Source of the DNA: Gammaproteobacteria bacterium | Lineage (GTDB): Bacteria > Pseudomonadota > Gammaproteobacteria > JABHGC01 | Length of the DNA: 64,000 nt | Direction of reading: 5' to 3' | NCBI GenBank assembly: GCA_027077805.1 | Contig: JALWTS010000020.1 | Span: forward strand, 33,814 to 97,813 | In this document: one piece after another, positions 21,503-30,720 of the stretch | Numbering within the stretch: the stretch's first letter is position 1 | Layout of the letters: each line of letters starts with the position of its first letter | Position numbers and translations under genes: made by a program | Notes under the pieces: model-generated | Seen by the model: only the letters and a program-made list of their open reading frames with translations | The model's database searches: none | What the model was told of the DNA's origin: nothing

Positions 21503-22414
21503 TTAAACCGATACAGAAAATAAAAACTCTATCAGGGCTTTTTGAGAATGTAAACGATTTTCTGCCTCTTGCCACACCACACTTTGTTGTCCATCAATCA
21601 CATCCGCACTGACTTCTTCACCTCGATGGGCAGGTAAACAATGCATAAATAATGCGTCAGATTTGGCCTTTGCCATGACTTCGGCATTGACTTGATAATC
21701 GGCAAAGGCTTGTTGACGTTTTTTAGCTTCGTCTTCTTGTCCCATGCTTGCCCAAACATCAGTAACAATTAAATCAGCATTCGCTGCCGCCTCTAATGGA
21801 TTTTTTAGCAATTGAGCATGAGTAGCATTTGCTTTTAATAAGGCTTGATTAGGATAAAAACCTTTAGGTGCTGCAATATTTAACTGAAAATCAAATTGTT
21901 TCGCCGCATTGATATACGAATGACACATATTATTGCCATCCCCAATCCATGCAACCGTTTTGCCCTGAATCTCCCCTCGACATTCAAAATAGGTTTGCAT
22001 ATCGGCTAACAATTGACAAGGATGGCATTGATCGGTTAAACCATTGATTACAGGCACACTGGAATATTTGGCAAACGCTTGAATAACCTGATGTGCAAAA
22101 GTTCTCACCATAATCATATCGACCATACTGGACAAAACCCTAGCAGTATCTTCAATGGGTTCGCCTCGCCCTAATTGCGTATCTCTTGGGGATAAAAATA
22201 ACGCACCGCCCCCTAATTGAATCATTGCGGTTTCAAATGAAACTCGGGTTCGAGTAGAGGATTTTTCAAATACCATTGCCAAGGTTTTGCCTTGTAATGG
22301 TTGATATAACTTGCCAGTGTTTTGTAACTGTTTAAGTTTCATTGCTCGCTGAATTAATTGCTTTAATTCAGTAGCAGATAAATCTAGTAAGTTTAAAAAA
22401 TGACGACATTGCAT
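21503..22414 (-). CDS. argF: Ornithine carbamoyltransferase
   Basis: STRTRVSFE carbamoyl-phosphate-binding motif and the OTC-specific HCLPA motif. Confidence 0.85.
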   Translation of the reverse strand: MQCRHFLNLLDLSATELKQLIQRAMKLKQLQNTGKLYQPLQGKTLAMVFEKSSTRTRVSFETAMIQLGGGALFLSPRDTQLGRGEPIEDTARVLSSMVDMIMVRTFAHQVIQAFAKYSSVPVINGLTDQCHPCQLLADMQTYFECRGEIQGKTVAWIGDGNNMCHSYINAAKQFDFQLNIAAPKGFYPNQALLKANATHAQLLKNPLEAAANADLIVTDVWASMGQEDEAKKRQQAFADYQVNAEVMAKAKSDALFMHCLPAHRGEEVSADVIDGQQSVVWQEAENRLHSQKALIEFLFSVSV

Positions 22415-22430
22415 ATTATTATCACTAATA

Positions 22431-23612
22431 TTAGTGACCAGACAAATGTTGGTCTTGAAAGTTTTTAATTAATAACGCTAAAGTGCTAACTAATTGTTCG
22501 ACTTCTTCTGAATTTAAAATTAAAGGTGGCAATAAGCGAATGACGTTCTGTGCCGTAACATTAATTAACAAGCCTTGTGCTAAGGCTTGTTTCATTAAAT
22601 CCACACAAGGCTGATTTAATTCAATGCCTATCATTAATCCTAGATGACGAATCGCAACAACACCCTCAACGCCTGCTAATTCTTGTGCCAGTTTGTGTGT
22701 AATTTGCTTGCCTAATTCCGTTGCCTTAGTAAGCAATTGTTGTTGTTCAATAATGTCAATCACTGTTAATGCTGCTCGCATTGACAAAGGATTGCCACCA
22801 AAAGTAGAGCCATGACTTCCCGCTTGAAATAACTTGGCAGCCTCGCCTTTGGCTAAACAAGCCCCAATCGGCACACCATTACCTAAGGCTTTCGCTAAGG
22901 TCATAATATCGGGGACGATATTTTGATGTTGGTGTGCGAACCACTGCCCTGTTCGCCCCATGCCAGTTTGAATTTCATCTAAGACTAATAAGCATTGTTG
23001 CTGATCACATAATTGTCTTAATTGTTGCAAATAATTATTGTCAGGAATATTCACGCCGCCTTCACCTTGTACGGGTTCGACCATCACTGCCACAACATTG
23101 TGCTGTTCAACTAAGGCTTGAATAGCGTGAATATCATTAAATGGCACTTGTATAAAATCAGGTAATAATGGTGCAAAGCCTTGTTGAATTTTCGCATTGC
23201 CAGTCGCACTTAAAGTGGCAAGGGTACGACCATGAAAACTATGTTCCATGACAATAATTTTCGGATAAGAAATTTGACGTTGATGCCCATATAAACGAAT
23301 TAATTTAATCGCTGCTTCATTCGCTTCTGCCCCTGAATTCGCAAAAAATACGGTTTCCATGTTCGCTAATTCAACCAATTTTTGCCCTAGTTGCTGTTGT
23401 AATTCAATATGATACAAATTTGAGGTGTGTAATAAGGTTTGAGCCTGTTGACACAATGCCTTAGCAAGGATTGCATGGGCATGCCCCAAACTACAAACCG
23501 CAATTCCTGACACCGCATCTAAATATGCCTTACCGTCTGCATCCCATAACCAAACCCCTTGACCATGCGTAAAACTAACGGGTAAAGGGGCATAATTTGC
23601 CATTAATGTCAT
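22431..23612 (-). CDS. argD: Acetylornithine aminotransferase (class III PLP aminotransferase)
   Basis: Class-III aminotransferase motifs ([14 protein letters not shown]-lysine region TLAKALGNG); N-terminus [18 protein letters not shown] matches ArgD. The start was set at the internal Met to exclude an intergenic terminator hairpin. Confidence 0.85.
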   Translation of the reverse strand: MTLMANYAPLPVSFTHGQGVWLWDADGKAYLDAVSGIAVCSLGHAHAILAKALCQQAQTLLHTSNLYHIELQQQLGQKLVELANMETVFFANSGAEANEAAIKLIRLYGHQRQISYPKIIVMEHSFHGRTLATLSATGNAKIQQGFAPLLPDFIQVPFNDIHAIQALVEQHNVVAVMVEPVQGEGGVNIPDNNYLQQLRQLCDQQQCLLVLDEIQTGMGRTGQWFAHQHQNIVPDIMTLAKALGNGVPIGACLAKGEAAKLFQAGSHGSTFGGNPLSMRAALTVIDIIEQQQLLTKATELGKQITHKLAQELAGVEGVVAIRHLGLMIGIELNQPCVDLMKQALAQGLLINVTAQNVIRLLPPLILNSEEVEQLVSTLALLIKNFQDQHLSGH

Positions 23613-23644
23613 ACATGTAATCCGTTGACTATTTACCAATGAAA

Positions 23645-23672
23645 AAGGCAGTCTTAGGCGTAAGACTGCCTG
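23645..23672 (-). terminator. Terminator hairpin between cusA and argD (GGCAGTCTTA palindromic family)
   Basis: GGCAGTCTTA-ggcg-TAAGACTGCC followed on the minus strand by a T-rich run (ctttttc). Confidence 0.5.
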
Positions 23673-23722
23673 TAAAAAACCGACCATTTTAATTAACTTA
23701 AATCAAAAATTCAAGCAATATA

Positions 23723-26700
23723 TCAGCAAAGTTCCCATCGCTTCCACAAGGTATATACCGCAGGAATCACGACTAACGTTAATAAGGTTGCCGTCATCAT
23801 ACCACCAACCATAGGTGCTGCAATCCGTTGCATGACTTCAGAGCCAGTGCCTGTTCCGAGCATAATAGGTAACAAACCAACAATAATCGCAATGACGGTC
23901 ATCATAATGGGACGAATACGCATTAATGCCCCTTGTTGCACAGCATGATGAAGATCGCTTAAATGAAAGGAACGTTTTTCCAAAATCACTTGCTGTTGTT
24001 GTCGTTTTAGTGCTTGGTCTAAATAAACCAACATTAATACACCAATTTCCACAGACACACCGGCTAAGGCAATAAAACCAACCGCGATGGCAACTGACAA
24101 ATTGTAACCCAAGTAATAAATCAACCCAATCCCCCCGATTAATGCAAAAGGCAAGGTTGATATAATAATTAAAACTTCAATTAAATTTTTGAAATTAAGA
24201 TAGAGTAATAAAACAATGGTAATTAATGTTAATGGCACGACTAAACTTAAACGTTGTTTTGCTCGCAACATATATTCATACTGACCTGACCAAGCAATAG
24301 AATAGCCTGAAGGCAAATCAACCTGCTGTGCTACCGCTTCTTGAGCTTTTGTCACATAAGACCCAATATCACTGGTCTCAATATCGACAAAAATCCAACC
24401 ATTTAAACGGGCATTTTCGCTTTTAATCATAGGCGCCCCCTCCGTTACCTTAACGGTTGCTACCTCAGATAAAGCAATAAAAGCACCCTGTGGGGTCACA
24501 ATAGGCAATAAACGCAAATTTTCCACCGAATCTCGCCAATCTCGTGGATAACGTAAATTCACGGGATAACGTTCTAAACCTTCGACTGTTTCAGTAATAT
24601 TCATGCCACCAATAGCGGTACGCACGACCATTTGCACATCAGCAATATTTAAACCAAAGCGAGCGGCTTTTATTCTGTCAATATCGATAGTAATATAACG
24701 ACCGCCTGCCACTCGCTCTGAAAAAGCCGATGCCGTTTCGGGTAGTTGTTTTAAAACTTGTTCCACTTGTTGGCCAATGGACTGAATCACACTTAACTCA
24801 GGCCCTGCGATTTTTACGCCAATAGGGGTTTTAATTCCCGTTGCTAACATATCAATCCGAGTTTTAATCGGCATAACCCACGCATTCGTTACACCAGGAA
24901 GTTTTACTAAACGATTTAGTTCCGCTTTCAGCTTTGATAAAGTCATGCCTGTTCGCCACTGTTCCTTAGGTTTAAATTGAATTAAGGTTTCAATCATGGT
25001 CAAAGGAGCAGGATCAGTGGCAGTATCCGCTCGACCAATTTTACCAAATACGGTTTTCACTTCAGGCACTGTCCGAATCAGCTTATCAGTCTGTTGTAAC
25101 AACTGTTGTGCCTTGCCAATAGAAATCCCAGGAAAAGTAGTGGGCATATACATTAAATCCCCTTCATCTAAATCAGGCATAAACTCGGACCCTAAGTGAG
25201 CCACTGGCCAAAAACCAAGTCCAATCACCACAAAGGCAAATAATAATACCAGCCAAGGAAATTTTAATATTCCAGTAATCAATGGGCGGTACAAAAATAT
25301 CAAGAATCGGTTCACAGGGTTGCGATGTTCTGCTATTACCTTGCCTCGAATAAAATATCCCATTAATACCGGCACTAAGGTAATAGACAACCCTGCGGCA
25401 ACTGCCATTGCATAGGTTTTCGTTAAGGCTAAGGGTGAAAATAATTTGCCTTCTTGGGCTTCCAAGGTAAAGACAGGTAAAAAACTTAAGGTAATAATTA
25501 ACAAGGAAAAAAACAAGGGAGGGCCTACTTCCATGGTGGCCTCTGAAATCACTTGCCAACGATTGTCAGAAGTTAAGGGCTGTTTTTCCATATGTTTATG
25601 CAGATTTTCAATCATGACAATACTGGCATCCACCATTGCACCAATGGCAATCGCAATCCCCCCTAAAGACATAATATTCGCATTCACGCCCTGCCAATAC
25701 ATAATCATAAACGCCCCTAAAATTCCCATAGGTAAACTAATAATCACGACTAAAGCAGACCGCAAATGAAATAAAAACACCACACAAACCAAGACTACAA
25801 CAATAAATTCCTCGATTAATTTGCCTTTTAACGTTTCCACGGCATTTTGGATTAATGTGGAACGATCATAGGTAGTTACAATTTCCACCCCATCGGGTAA
25901 ACTATGTTGTAATTGTTGCAAACGCTGTTTCACATTAGCAATGGTCTGGCGAGCATTATCCCCCCAACGCATGACAATCACACCACCAACCACTTCACCT
26001 TCCCCATTCAGTTCCGCAATACCTCGGCGCATTTGAGGCCCAATTTGAATCTCAGCCACATTCGCTAACAAAATGGGCGTGCCTTGTTTATTCATCCCTA
26101 ATGGGATTTGCTTCAGATGTTGCCGATTTTGAATATAACCCGTTGCCCGTATCATATATTCGGCTTCACCCATTTCAATCACCGAGCCACCCACCTCTTG
26201 ATTGGCATTTTGAATGGCTTGTTTCACTTGATTCAGTGATATTTGATACGCTTGTAATTTCACAGGGTCTAAAACGACCTGATATTGACGTACCATGCCA
26301 CCAATACTCGCAACTTCCGCCACACCTGCCACGGTTTGTAATTCATATTTCAAAAACCAATCTTGCAATGAACGTAGTTGCGACAAATCATGTTGCCCAC
26401 TACGATCCACTAAGGCATATTGATAAATCCAGCCAACGCCTGTGGCATCTGGCCCTAAAACAGGTTTTGCGGCTTGAGGTAAGGTAGCGGACACTTGGCT
26501 TAAATATTCTAACACCCGTGAACGTGCCCAATACAAATCCGTGCCATCCTCAAAAATAACATAAACATACGAATCCCCAAAAAAAGAATAACCCCGCACG
26601 GTTAATGCTTTAGGCACAGATAACATTGCGGTTGTGAGCGGATAGGTTACTTGATCTTCTACGACTTGTGGGGCTTGTCCGGGATAAGACGTTTTAATAA

Positions 26701-26842
26701 TCACTTGTACATCAGACAGATCAGGAATGGCATCAACGGCGGTATGTTTCACCGTATAAATCCCCCCAACGGCCACTACCACCGATAGGAGTATCACCAA
26801 AAAACGGTTGTGAATTGACCAAAGAACTATGGCATTAATCAT
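23723..26842 (-). CDS. cusA: Heavy-metal efflux RND pump, CusA/CzcA family
   Basis: 1039 aa; 12-TM RND architecture; N-terminus MINAIVLWSIHNRFLVILL resembles CusA; operon with cusB and cusC. Confidence 0.85.
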   Translation of the reverse strand: MINAIVLWSIHNRFLVILLSVVVAVGGIYTVKHTAVDAIPDLSDVQVIIKTSYPGQAPQVVEDQVTYPLTTAMLSVPKALTVRGYSFFGDSYVYVIFEDGTDLYWARSRVLEYLSQVSATLPQAAKPVLGPDATGVGWIYQYALVDRSGQHDLSQLRSLQDWFLKYELQTVAGVAEVASIGGMVRQYQVVLDPVKLQAYQISLNQVKQAIQNANQEVGGSVIEMGEAEYMIRATGYIQNRQHLKQIPLGMNKQGTPILLANVAEIQIGPQMRRGIAELNGEGEVVGGVIVMRWGDNARQTIANVKQRLQQLQHSLPDGVEIVTTYDRSTLIQNAVETLKGKLIEEFIVVVLVCVVFLFHLRSALVVIISLPMGILGAFMIMYWQGVNANIMSLGGIAIAIGAMVDASIVMIENLHKHMEKQPLTSDNRWQVISEATMEVGPPLFFSLLIITLSFLPVFTLEAQEGKLFSPLALTKTYAMAVAAGLSITLVPVLMGYFIRGKVIAEHRNPVNRFLIFLYRPLITGILKFPWLVLLFAFVVIGLGFWPVAHLGSEFMPDLDEGDLMYMPTTFPGISIGKAQQLLQQTDKLIRTVPEVKTVFGKIGRADTATDPAPLTMIETLIQFKPKEQWRTGMTLSKLKAELNRLVKLPGVTNAWVMPIKTRIDMLATGIKTPIGVKIAGPELSVIQSIGQQVEQVLKQLPETASAFSERVAGGRYITIDIDRIKAARFGLNIADVQMVVRTAIGGMNITETVEGLERYPVNLRYPRDWRDSVENLRLLPIVTPQGAFIALSEVATVKVTEGAPMIKSENARLNGWIFVDIETSDIGSYVTKAQEAVAQQVDLPSGYSIAWSGQYEYMLRAKQRLSLVVPLTLITIVLLLYLNFKNLIEVLIIISTLPFALIGGIGLIYYLGYNLSVAIAVGFIALAGVSVEIGVLMLVYLDQALKRQQQQVILEKRSFHLSDLHHAVQQGALMRIRPIMMTVIAIIVGLLPIMLGTGTGSEVMQRIAAPMVGGMMTATLLTLVVIPAVYTLWKRWELC

Positions 26843-26852
26843 GGCATTCTCC

Positions 26853-28094
26853 TTAATGACTCATACGAGTGAAACTTGCGTTAAGACTGGCCTCAGAATC
26901 GATCAAAAATTGTGCGGATACCACAACTTTTTCCCCTTCCTCCAAACCCGACAGGATTTCAACCCAGTTGCCACTCTCAATGCCAACCTTAACAAAGCGA
27001 CTTTGATAACGCCCATTGCCCATCGCAATCACCACACGATACCCATCACCACTAGGAATTAATGCTTCACGAGGAATGCTTAATACCTGCAATTTAGCCC
27101 CACCATAAATCACAACCTTGCCATACATATTGGCTTTAAGTTGTAATTCAGGATTATCAAATTTTAAACGCACCCTTAAGGTTCGAGTCTTAGGGTCTAA
27201 ATCAGGGTAAATGTAATCGACCTTAGCTTGCCAAATTTGACCAGGTTGATAATCAAAATTTACCTCGGCAAACTGTCCAATTTTTACCCAACTGGCTTGC
27301 TGTTCAAAAATTTCGACTATCATCCACATACTCGATAAATCCACTAATTCCATTATGATTGTCTGTGGTTTCACAAACATACCTTCTCTAACATTTAGTT
27401 TAGAGACAGTGCCTGTTTGTGGCGAATAAATGCCAATTTTCTGTGGCACGTTCTGGGTATTTAATAAATGTTTCACTTGAGTTCTGCTCATACCTAGTGA
27501 AAACAATCGCCGTTTTGAGGCTTGAATTAAACCTTGATTCCCTGACTGCCGCGCTTGCAACAATTCCTCTTGGGCGTTAACTAATTCAGGAGAGTATAAC
27601 TGAAACAATAATTGCCCTTGTTTCACCATTTCGCCCGTTGCCTTAACACTTAAATTTTCAATCCAACCTTCGGTACGCAAATGCACATGGCTGATATTAC
27701 GTTCGTCATAAGTTGTCATGCCAACTGCCTTAATTTTTCGCCATAACTTACCACTGTCAACAATGGCAGTACGCACGCCTAAATTATTTTCAACACTGGC
27801 TGAAATCTTAACAACCCCTTGCTCTCCAGAATTATCTTCCTCATAAACAGGGACTAAATCCATTCCCATAGGCGATTTTCCTGGTTTATCACGACGATAG
27901 CTTGGATCCATAGGAGCCACCCAATACAAAATTTTCTTTTCTTTAGACGGAGCTGATGTGGATGACATTTCGCTCATATCTGCCGTATCCATATCATTAC
28001 CCCTATGGTTTAAACGCTGAAACGTAATGTTAATGCCGATACCAATGGCAATGCCTAATAACAATAACACAATGCTGATTAATAAAGTTTTCAT
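26853..28094 (-). CDS. cusB: Efflux RND periplasmic adaptor, CusB-like
   Basis: Membrane-fusion-protein family; N-terminal Met-rich segment (MDTADMSEMSS...PMDPSY...SPMGMDL) typical of Cu/Ag-binding CusB. Confidence 0.8.
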   Translation of the reverse strand: MKTLLISIVLLLLGIAIGIGINITFQRLNHRGNDMDTADMSEMSSTSAPSKEKKILYWVAPMDPSYRRDKPGKSPMGMDLVPVYEEDNSGEQGVVKISASVENNLGVRTAIVDSGKLWRKIKAVGMTTYDERNISHVHLRTEGWIENLSVKATGEMVKQGQLLFQLYSPELVNAQEELLQARQSGNQGLIQASKRRLFSLGMSRTQVKHLLNTQNVPQKIGIYSPQTGTVSKLNVREGMFVKPQTIIMELVDLSSMWMIVEIFEQQASWVKIGQFAEVNFDYQPGQIWQAKVDYIYPDLDPKTRTLRVRLKFDNPELQLKANMYGKVVIYGGAKLQVLSIPREALIPSGDGYRVVIAMGNGRYQSRFVKVGIESGNWVEILSGLEEGEKVVVSAQFLIDSEASLNASFTRMSH

Positions 28095-28097
28095 TAA

Positions 28098-29354
28098 TTA
28101 TTCTCCATCTAACGCAGGCTGTTCGATTAAATACAACAAGTTTATTTGAGCCAGTGATTTCTCAAATCGGATGTTTAAGGCTGTCAAGCGTGTTTCTAAT
28201 TCTAATAACTTAGCTCGCATTAAGGGATTAAAATCACCCACCCCCGATTGATACGCATTCAATGATGCTTGACTATGTTGTACTGCTTCAGGGACCAACT
28301 GTGCTTGATACAAGCGTTGTTGCTGAGTTAAACGTAACCACTGAGCATATTGATGTTGCAGTTGCCGTTTTAATTCTGCCCAACGATCCGCTTTGGCATC
28401 ATACGCTGCCATGACCTGTTTACGACTGGCAGCTAATTGTTTATCCTGACGCTTATCAGGAAATAAGGGTAGCGACACATTAAGCATTAATGATAAAAAA
28501 TTGGCACGGTCTTTACGCTCACTATAATTGAGTGCGACGCCCCAACTGGGTTTATACTGCTGTTGGCTTAATTTAACGCCAAATTGTTTGGCTTGGATTT
28601 GGGCGTTTTCAATTAAAATCAACGGATGTTTGCTCAATTGATCCTCTATCTCGGCTTGGCTTGGAATTGTTGCAAATACCGGCCATCGCGATTCCAAGGA
28701 CCACCAGGCCTTTTCACCCAACCATTTGGCTAAATCTGCCTGTTTGGTTTCCATTGTCATTTGTAAAGCAATTTCCTTATCCTTAAGCCGAGATAATTCT
28801 AATTGTGCTCGCAACACATCTTGCTGATTTTGCCGACCTTGGGCATAATGTGCTTCCGTTATTTTAACCAACTGACGAAAAATAACGGCACTCTCTTGAA
28901 TAATCTTAATCGCTTGTTGCTGATAATAAATGGCTAAAAATAAACCCCGTACCTTTTGTACTAAATGACGTGCCTGTAATTGACGGCGTTGTAGTTCAAT
29001 ACTGGCTAAGGTTTCAGTTTGTTGGCGTTTAAAGCGTAAACTCTCCCCTTTAGGAAAGGCTTGTGAGATACCTAATTGAATCTGAGTCATCGCTTCTTGA
29101 CCACGATTAAAACTGTCAGTTGGAAAATTTGCGAATCCAAAGCTAAGTTTTGGATCGGGTAATTGTCCCTCAAATACAGACTGTGCCGATAAAGCATGGG
29201 ATTGTTGTTCAAAACGACGGATCAAAGGATCCGCTTGCAAGGCGAATTGTTCCGCCATTGTTACTGATAAAGTTTCAGCAATGCTTGGCATTGATACGGC
29301 AAAACAAGCCATAATCACTATCAATTGCCAATAATGATTGAAAGATGCAATCAT
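28098..29354 (-). CDS. cusC: Outer-membrane efflux factor (TolC family), CusC-like
   Basis: 418-aa OEP-family repeats; 3-nt gap to cusB. Confidence 0.75.
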   Translation of the reverse strand: MIASFNHYWQLIVIMACFAVSMPSIAETLSVTMAEQFALQADPLIRRFEQQSHALSAQSVFEGQLPDPKLSFGFANFPTDSFNRGQEAMTQIQLGISQAFPKGESLRFKRQQTETLASIELQRRQLQARHLVQKVRGLFLAIYYQQQAIKIIQESAVIFRQLVKITEAHYAQGRQNQQDVLRAQLELSRLKDKEIALQMTMETKQADLAKWLGEKAWWSLESRWPVFATIPSQAEIEDQLSKHPLILIENAQIQAKQFGVKLSQQQYKPSWGVALNYSERKDRANFLSLMLNVSLPLFPDKRQDKQLAASRKQVMAAYDAKADRWAELKRQLQHQYAQWLRLTQQQRLYQAQLVPEAVQHSQASLNAYQSGVGDFNPLMRAKLLELETRLTALNIRFEKSLAQINLLYLIEQPALDGE

Positions 29355-29424
29355 ATCTATTACTCCTGTTGTAGCATTGTATGCTTTGTAAAAACGTTAT
29401 TTAAAATCGCTCAGTCAGACCATT

Positions 29425-29688
29425 TTAAACAACAGGAGGATGGTAAATCGCAAAATAAGGGGGGGAGTATGTAGAAGTTTTAAAGCAAAACCAAAATCCC
29501 TCGGTATAAAAGCGCAAAAAAAGTCCCAAGCTGAAAATAAGACTCATCAATAAAAAGGAACAAAAACAATTGAAACCACAATGGCATCGCATGTTCATCG
29601 ATTTCTTAGATGGTGCAGACATTGCATTAGTCGTACCATCCGTTAAATCTATTGCAGATAAATGATGACTACGCATTGATTGTGCCAT
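29425..29688 (-). CDS. Candidate small Met/His/Cys-rich tail-anchored protein upstream of cusC (hypothetical)
   Basis: ORF MAQSMRSHHLS...SMNMRCHCGFNCFC followed by one hydrophobic helix. The metal-ligand-rich composition and the position at the head of the cus operon are suggestive. No clear SD. Confidence 0.2.
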   Translation of the reverse strand: MAQSMRSHHLSAIDLTDGTTNAMSAPSKKSMNMRCHCGFNCFCSFLLMSLIFSLGLFLRFYTEGFWFCFKTSTYSPPYFAIYHPPVV

Positions 29689-29869
29689 GCTTGTCGAGGT
29701 TGACGGTACAGATTTCTTATGATCACAAAAACAAGGCACGCTAACTTGTTGCCAAAATAACAGTAAATAAATAATGAAACTATAAACCCACTGATTTGAG
29801 CTTTGGTAATGTTTTTTGTAAGTCATAATAAGTAAGGATAAGTAATCACTTAAAAAAGTTCAATCTTTT

Positions 29870-29906
29870 CTTACAAAAAAGGCAGTCTTAATTCAAGACT
29901 GCCTTG
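29870..29906 (-). terminator. Rho-independent terminator after the PuuD-N-like gene (GGCAGTCTTA palindromic family)
   Basis: AAGGCAGTCTT-aattc-AAGACTGCCTT followed on the minus strand by TTTTTTGTAA. Confidence 0.55.
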
Positions 29907-29940
29907 TCAAGCCTATCCTATGAAAAGATATTCATTAAAA

Positions 29941-30462
29941 CTAAAATGGCAAACCATGACCATAACCCACCATGCACATTAACATCGGTATGGATAATAA
30001 GGTATTGGTACGAGAGGCAAGTAATGCGACTTTTTTAGCACTAGCCACTTCATCGGCACTGGCTTGTACCATGCCTAAGACTTTTTTCTGATTAGGCCAA
30101 ATCAAAACCCAAACATTAAACAACATAATGGTTCCCAACCAAGCTCCTACGCCAATAATCGGGACATGACCAGCATTTTCCATATTCATGCCGAATGTAA
30201 AGGCATGAACAAATCCAACCCCCATGACTTCTAAAGCTGACGCACCAGTCAACCAAGTAGCAACCGCTCCCCAACGAAACCATAATAAGGCCCTAGGTGC
30301 GACATATTTGCCAATCGCAGCCGGTCCAGGCCCATCCTTGTCAGCAACCGCATCTGCCGTAGCGGGCACTTGCACAAAATTAAAATAATATAATAAGCCA
30401 ATCCAAACCACGCCCGCTAACACATGTAACCAAACGGTAAAAGACCAAAGATTAAATTCCAT
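29941..30462 (-). CDS. Integral membrane protein, COG3748/PuuD-N-like (or CopD-like) family
   Basis: 173 aa, 4-5 TM helices; N-terminal W..H..AGVVWIG..YYFNFVQVPA pattern resembles the membrane domain of urate hydroxylase PuuD and CopD-like proteins. Exact family uncertain. Confidence 0.45.
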   Translation of the reverse strand: MEFNLWSFTVWLHVLAGVVWIGLLYYFNFVQVPATADAVADKDGPGPAAIGKYVAPRALLWFRWGAVATWLTGASALEVMGVGFVHAFTFGMNMENAGHVPIIGVGAWLGTIMLFNVWVLIWPNQKKVLGMVQASADEVASAKKVALLASRTNTLLSIPMLMCMVGYGHGLPF

Positions 30463-30553
30463 AAAAATTCCCCTAAATGTTAAATATTCACTGTATAATA
30501 ATATAACAATACAATAATCAAAATATTAAATCATGCTAAATATCGATTGTATT

Positions 30554-30631
30554 TCACAAAATAACCGCAATAATAATGGCTAATACAAAACCAGAAATAA
30601 TCGTACCAGTAACGCTTAATAACGGATTCAT
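30554..30631 (-). CDS. Candidate 25-aa single-TM small protein (MNPLLSVTGTIISGFVLAIIIAVIL)
   Basis: Strong SD GAGGAG 8 nt upstream of the ATG; fully hydrophobic peptide; ~90 nt upstream of, and co-oriented with, the PuuD-N-like membrane gene. Confidence 0.3.
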   Translation of the reverse strand: MNPLLSVTGTIISGFVLAIIIAVIL

Positions 30632-30720
30632 TTTTTTATCTCCTCTTAAAAATAATAAATTAAAGCAGTGATTGTATTCATTTATTGTAGAGATTACAAC
30701 AGCGAAAGGAAACAATACCC

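Noticed and set aside
23613-23687. N-terminal 25-aa extension of the argD ORF
   Set aside because: It contains the cusA-argD intergenic terminator hairpin. The conserved ArgD N-terminus begins at [12 protein letters not shown] (23612).
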